This document shows, in pieces, positions 57,901 to 64,000 of a stretch of 64,000 nucleotides of DNA; positions within the stretch are counted from its first letter, which is position 1; each line of letters begins with the position of its first letter. Location of the stretch: assembly GCF_009914755.1 (NCBI RefSeq), contig NC_060933.1; one strand, given 5' to 3'. Under the pieces are notes generated by a model that was not told the DNA's origin, searched no databases, and saw only the letters and a program-made list of their open reading frames with translations. The position numbers were made by a program, and so were the translations under genes. The stretch comes from the human T2T-CHM13v2.0 reference genome, Homo sapiens.

Positions 57901-60800
57901 TAATGGAATGGAATGGAGTGGAATGGAATGGAATGGAATGGAACAACCCGAATGGAATGGAATGTAATGGAGTGTAAGGGAGTTGAATAGAATCAATCCG
58001 AATGTAATGGAATGGAATGGAACGGAATGGAATTGAATGGAATGGAATGGAATGGAATGGAATGGAATCAACTCGATTGCAATTGAATGGAATGGAATGG
58101 AATTAACCCGAATAGAATGGAATGGAATGGAATGGAACGGAACGGAATGGAATGGAATGGAATGGAATGGAATGGAATGGAACGGAAAGGAAGGGAATGG
58201 AATGGAATAGAATGGAATGGAATGGAATCAACGCGAGTGCAGGGGAATGGAATGGAATGGAATGCAATGGAATGGAATCTTCCGGAATGGAATGGAATGG
58301 AATGGAATCAACCCGAGTGCAATGGAATGGAGTGGAATGGAATGGAATGGAATGGAACAACCCGAATGGAATGGAATGGAATGGAGAGTAAGGGAGTTGA
58401 ATAGAATCAATCCGAATGTAATGGAATGGAATGGAACGGAATGGAATTGAATGGAATGGAATGGAATGCAATGGAATGGAATCAACCCGAGTGCAATGGA
58501 ATGGAGAGGAATGGAATGGAATGGAATGGAAACTACCCGAATGGAATGGAATGTAATGGAGTGAAAGGGAATTGAATAGAATCAATCCGAATGTAATGGA
58601 ATGGAACGGAACGGAATGGAATGGAATGGAATGGAATGGAATGCAATGGAATGGAATCAACCCGAGTGCAATCGAATGGAATCGAATGGAATGGAATGCA
58701 ATGGAAAGGATTCAACTTGAATGGAATGGAAAGAATGGAATCAACACGAGTGGAATGGCATGGATTGGAATGGAATGGAATGGAATCAACCCGAGTACAG
58801 GGGAATGGAATGGAATGGAATGCAATGGAATGGAATCATCCGTAATGGAATGGAAAGGAATGGAATGGAATGGAATGGAATGGAATGAAATGGAATGGAA
58901 TGGAATCAACTCGATTGCAATCGAATGGAATGGAATGGAATTAACCCGAATAGAATGGAATGGAATGGAATGGAACGGAACGGAATGGAATGGAATGGAA
59001 TGGAATGGAATGGAACGGAACGGAACGGAACGGAATGGAATGGAATGGAATGGAATGGAATGGAATGGAATGGAATCAACGCGAGTGCAGAGGAATGGAA
59101 TGGAATGGAATGCAATGGAATGGAATCTTCCGGAATAGAATGGAATGGAATGGAATGGAATGGAATGGAATGGAATGAAATGCAATGGATTCAACTCGAT
59201 TGCAATGGAATGGAATAGAATGGAATGGAATGGAATGGAATGGAAATAATCCGAATAGAATGGAATGGAATGGAATGGAATGGAATGGAATGGAATGGTA
59301 CGGAATAGAATGGAATGGAACGAATTGTAATGGAATGGAATTGAATGGAATGGAATGGAATGGAATGGAATCAACGCGAGTGCAGGGGAATGTAATGGAA
59401 CGGAATGCAATGGAATGGAATCATCCGGAATGGAATGGAATGGAATGGAATGGAATGGAATGCAATGGAATAGAATCAACCCGAGTACAATGGAATGGAA
59501 TGGAATGGAATGGAATGGAATGGAATGGAATGGAATGGTACGGAATAGAATGGAATGGAACGAAATGGAATGGAATGGAATGGAATGGAATGGAATGGAA
59601 TGGAATGGAATCGTTCCGAGTGGAATAGGAGGGAATGTATTCGAGTGGAATGGAAAGGAATGGAATCAACCAGAGTGGAATGGAAGGGAATGGAATGGAA
59701 TGGAAATTAATAGAATGGAATCAACCCGAGTGGAATGGAATGGAAAGGACTGGAATGGAATGGAATGGAATGGAATCAACTCGATTGTAATGGAATGGAA
59801 TGGAATGGAATGGAATGGAATGGAATGGAATGGAATGGAATGGAATTAACCCGAATACAATGCAATGGAATGGAATGGAACGGAATGGAGGTGAATGGAA
59901 TGGAGTCAACCCGAGTGCAGGGGAATGGAATGGAATGGAATGCAATGGAATGGAATCATCCGGAATGGAATGGAATGGAATGGAATGCAAAGCAATGGAA
60001 TCAACTCGATTGCAATGGAATGGAATGGAATGGAAAGGAATACATTGGAATCAACCCGAGTGGAACGGAATGGAAAGGACTGGAATGGAGTGGAATGGAA
60101 TGGCATGGAATGGAATGGAATCAACTCGATTGGAATGGAATGTAATGGAATGGAATGGAATTAACCAGAATAGAATGGAATGGAATGGAATGGAACGGAA
60201 CGGAATGGAATGGAATGGAATGGAATGGAATGGAATGGAATGGAAACAACCCGACTGCAGGGGAATGGAATGGAATGGAATGCAATGGAATGGATTCAAC
60301 TTGAATGGAATGGAAAGAATGGAATCAACACGAGTGGAATGGCATGGATTGGAATGGAATGGAATGGAATCAACCCGAGTACAGGGGAATGGAATGGAAT
60401 GGAATGCAATGGAATGGAATCATCCGTAATGGAATGGAAAGGAATGGAATGGAATGGAATGGAATGGAATGAACTCGATTGCAATCGAACGGAATGGAAT
60501 GGAATTAACCCGAATAGAATGGAATGGAATGGAATGGAACGGAACAGAACGGAATGGAATGGATTGGATTGGAATGGAATGGAGTGGAACGGAAAGGAAT
60601 GTAATGGAATGGAATGGAATGGAATGGAATGGAATGGAATCAACGCGAGTGCAGGGGAATGGAATGGAATGGAATGCAATGGAATGGAATCTTCCGGAAT
60701 GGAATGGAATGGAATGGAAATGAATGGAATGGAATGGAATCAACCCGAGTGTAATGGAATGGAATGGAGTGGAATGGAATGGAATGGAATGGAACAACCC
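48980..60800 (+). repeat. Domain D: ~2.85/3.06 kb unit in four copies, with ~5.9 kb dimer periodicity
   Basis: TCGTTCC at 50863, 53714, 56770, 59611 (spacings 2851, 3056, 2841). GAGGTGAAT and GAGTGCAGAGG occur once per unit. Dimer markers: GGAGACGAAT...ACTGCCCG (~49002/~54815) and GTGAAAGGG (~52669/58561). Confidence 0.88.
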
Positions 60801-61499
60801 GAATGGAATGGAATGTAATGGAGAGTAAGGGAGTTGAATAGAATCAATCCGAATGTAATGGAATGGAATGGAACGGAATGGAATTCAATGGAATGGAATG
60901 GAATGCAATGGAATGGAATCAACCCGAGTGCAATGGAATGGAGAGGAATGGAATGGAATGGAATGGAAACTACCCGAATGGAATGGAATGTAATGGAGTG
61001 TAAGGGAATTGAATAGAATCAATCCGAATGTAATGGAATGGAATGGAAAGGAATGGAATGGAATGGAATGGAACGGAATGGAATGGAATGGAATGGAATG
61101 GAATGGAATGGAATGCAATGGAATGGAATCAACCCGAGTGCAATCGAATGGAATCGAATGTAATGTAATGCAATCGAATGGATTCAACTTGAATGGAATG
61201 GAAAGAATGGAATCAACACGAGTGGAATGGCATGGATTGGAATGGAATGGAATGGAATCAACCCGAGTACAGGGGAATGGAATGGAATGGAATGCAATGG
61301 AATGGAATCATCCGTAATGGAATGGAAAGGAATGGAATGGAATGGAATGGAATGGAATCAACTCGATTACAATCGAATGGAATGGAATGGAATTAACCCG
61401 AATAGAATGGAATGGAATGGAATGGAACGGAACGGAATGGAATGGAATGGAATGGAATGGAATGGAATGGAATCAACGCGAGTGCAGGGGAATGGAATG

Positions 61500-64000
61500 G
61501 AATGGAACGCAAAGGAATGGAATCTTCCGGAATGCAATGGAATGGAATGGAATGGAATGAAATGCAATGGATTCAACTCGATTGCAATGGAATGGAATAG
61601 AATGGAATGGAATGGAATGGAATGGAATTAACACAAATAGAATGGAATGGAATGGAATGGAATGGAATGGAACGGAAAGGAATGGAATGGAATGGAATGG
61701 AATCAACCCAAGTGCAGGGGAAAGGAATGGAATGGAATTCAATGGAATGGAATCATCCGGAATGGAATGGAATGGAATGGAACGGAACGGAACGGAACGG
61801 AACGGAATGGAATGGAATGGAATGGAATGGAATGGAATGGTATGGAATGGAATGGAATGGAATCAACTCGATTGTAATGGAATGGAATGGAATGGAATGG
61901 AATGGAATTAACTCGAATACAATGTAATGGAATGGAATGGAACGGAATGGAGTGGAATGGAATGGAATCAGCCCGAGTGCAGGGGAATGGAATGGAATGG
62001 AATGCAATGGAATGGAATCATCCGGAATGGAATGGAATGGAATGGAATGCAAAACAATGGAATCAACTCGATTGCAATGGAATGGAATGGAATGGAAATG
62101 AATAAAATGGAATCAACCCGAGTGGAATGGAATGGAAAGGACTGGAATGGAGTGGAAAGGAATGGAACGGAATGGAATGGAATCAACTCGATTGGAATGG
62201 AGTGGAATGGAATTTGAATGGAATGGAATGGAATGGAATGGAATGGAATGGAATTAACCCGAATAGAATGGAATGGAATGGAATGGAATGGAACGGTATG
62301 GAATGGAATGGAATGGAATGGAATAGAATGGAATGGAATCAACCCGACTGCACGGGAATGGAATGGAATGGAATGCAATGGAATGGAATCATCCGGAATG
62401 GAATGGAAAGGAATGGAATGGAATGGAATGGTATTGAATGGAATGGAATGGAATCAACACGATTGCAATCGAATGGAATTGAATGGAATTAACCCGAATG
62501 GAATGGAATGGAATGGAATGGAATGGAATTAACCCGATGCAATGGAATGGAATGGAATGGAATGGAAACATACCGAATGGAATGGAATGTATTGGAGTGT
62601 AAGGGAATTGAATAGAATCAGTCCGAATGTAATGGAAGGGAATGGAATGAAATGGAATGGAATGGAATGGAATGGAATGGAATGGAATCAAACCGAGTGC
62701 AATGGAATGGATTCGAATGGAATGGAATGGAATGGAATGGATTCAACAAGAATGGAATGGAAAGGAATGGTATCAACCCGACTGTAATGGCATGGAATGG
62801 AATGGAATGGAATGGGATGGAATGGAATGGTACGGAATAGAATGGAATGGAATGAAATGGAATGGAATGGAATGGAATGGAATGGAATGGAATGGAATGA
62901 ACCCGTGTGCAATGTAATGGAATGGAATGGAATGGAATGGATTCAACTCGAAAGGTATCAACTCGATTGCAATGGAATGGAATGGAGTGGAAAGGAATAG
63001 AATGGAATCAACCCGAGTGGAATGGATTGGAAAGGACTGGAATGGAGTGGAATGGAATGGAATGGAATGGAATTAAATCGATTGGAATGGAATGGAATGG
63101 AATGGAATGGAATGAAATGGAATGGAATCAACTCGACTGCAATGGAATGGAATGGAATGGAAAGGAATAGAATGGAATCAACCCGAGTGGAATGGAATGG
63201 AAAGGACTGGAATGGACTGGAATGGAATGGAATGGAATGGAATCAAATCGATTGGAATGGAATGGAATGGAATGGAATGGAGTCGAATCAACTAGATTGC
63301 AATGGAATGGAATGGAATGGAATGGAATGGAATGGAATGGAATGGAATGGAATAGAATTTACCGGAATAGAATGGAATGGAATGGAATGGAACGGAATGT
63401 AATGTAATGAAATGGAATGGAATCAACCCGAGTGCAGGGGAATGGAATGGAATGGAATGCCATGGAATGCAATCATCCGGAATGGAATGGAATGGAATGG
63501 AATGGAATGGAATGGAATCAACTCGATTGCAATGGAGTGGAATGGAATGGAAAGGAAAGGAAGGGAATGGAATGGAATGTAATCAACCCGAGTGCAGGGG
63601 AATGGAATGGAATGGAATGCAATGGAATGGAGTCATCCGGAATGGAATGGAATGGAATGGAATGCAATCAACCCGATGGAATGGAATGGAGTGGAATGCA
63701 ATGGAATGGAATGGAAACATCCCGAATGGAATGTAATGTAATGGAGTGTAAAGGAATTGAATAGAATCAATCCGAATGTATTGGAGAGGAATGGAATGAA
63801 ATGGAATGGAATGGAATGGAATGGAATGGAATGGAATCAACCGGAGTGCAATGGAATGGATTCGAATGGAATGGAATGGAATGGAATGGAATGGATTCAA
63901 CAAGAATGGAATGGAAAGGAATGGAATCAACCAGAGTGTAATGGCATGGAATGGATTGGAATGGAATGGAATGGGATGGAATGGAATGGTACGGAATAGA
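61500..64000 (+). repeat. Diverged HSat3 tail with a degenerate ~1.15 kb repeat
   Basis: Higher density of private substitutions. ATTCGAATGG 62711/~63860, ATTCAACAAG 62741/~63895 and TGGGATGG...GGTACGG recur about 1150 bp apart. Confidence 0.7.

Larger units (their letters stand above)
1..64000 (+). repeat. Classical satellite III (HSat3) array, (GGAAT)n with CAACCCGAGT-type interruptions; G-rich strand on +
   Basis: GGAAT pentamer runs span the entire window. They are punctuated every few tens of bp by CAACCCGAGT, CAACTCGATT, CAACGCGAGT, TAACCCGAAT and CATCC variants, the established signature of human/primate satellite III. No strand switch or non-satellite insertion seen. Confidence 0.98.

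Noticed and set aside
3-63999. Hundreds of ORFs (MEWNG repeats on +, IPFHS repeats on -), up to 434 aa at 36324-37628 and 385 aa at 13483-14640
   Set aside because: (GGAAT)n and (ATTCC)n have no stop codon in any frame, so overlapping ORFs in all six frames are expected. They open and close with pentamer indels between near-identical copies, which gives no sign of coding constraint.
1-64000. CRISPR-like alternation of conserved motifs and spacers
   Set aside because: The spacers are GGAAT runs rather than unique sequence, spacing is irregular, and there are no cas genes.
1-64000. Embedded transposon, inversion or non-satellite insertion
   Set aside because: No poly-A tail, target-site duplication, complex sequence or switch to ATTCC runs on the + strand was seen.
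1-64000. HSat2, alpha satellite or telomeric repeat
   Set aside because: Lacks the HSat2 CATTCGATTC/ATGATG-type pattern, 171 bp monomers and TTAGGG arrays.

Overview
The whole 64 kb is one uninterrupted, single-orientation array of primate classical satellite III (HSat3). The + strand is (GGAAT)n punctuated by CAACCCGAGT/CAACTCGATT/TAACCCGAAT-type 10-mers. From recall, not a search, it resembles the pHuR98-type human chr9q12 HSat3B5 family. I see no genes, RNA genes, transposons or CRISPR arrays: every listed ORF is the MEWNG/IPFHS translation of the pentamer. The information lies in the layered higher-order structure: (A) a near-identical 8.35 kb tandem duplication at ~665-17400; (B) about 3.8 copies of a distinct 6.0-6.6 kb unit at ~17200-40640, one carrying an A-type replacement; a patchwork zone at ~40640-42000; (C) a 2017 bp tandem duplication at ~42003-46050; a diverged island at ~47200-48300; (D) a 2.85/3.06 kb unit with a ~5.9 kb dimer at ~48980-60800; and a diverged tail. 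The most interesting functional candidate is a recurrent variant, GGAAT-CTTCC-GGAAT, which is a perfect three-unit heat shock element present in about 33 copies. I found no support for a novel coding system. All coordinates and counts were read by eye.
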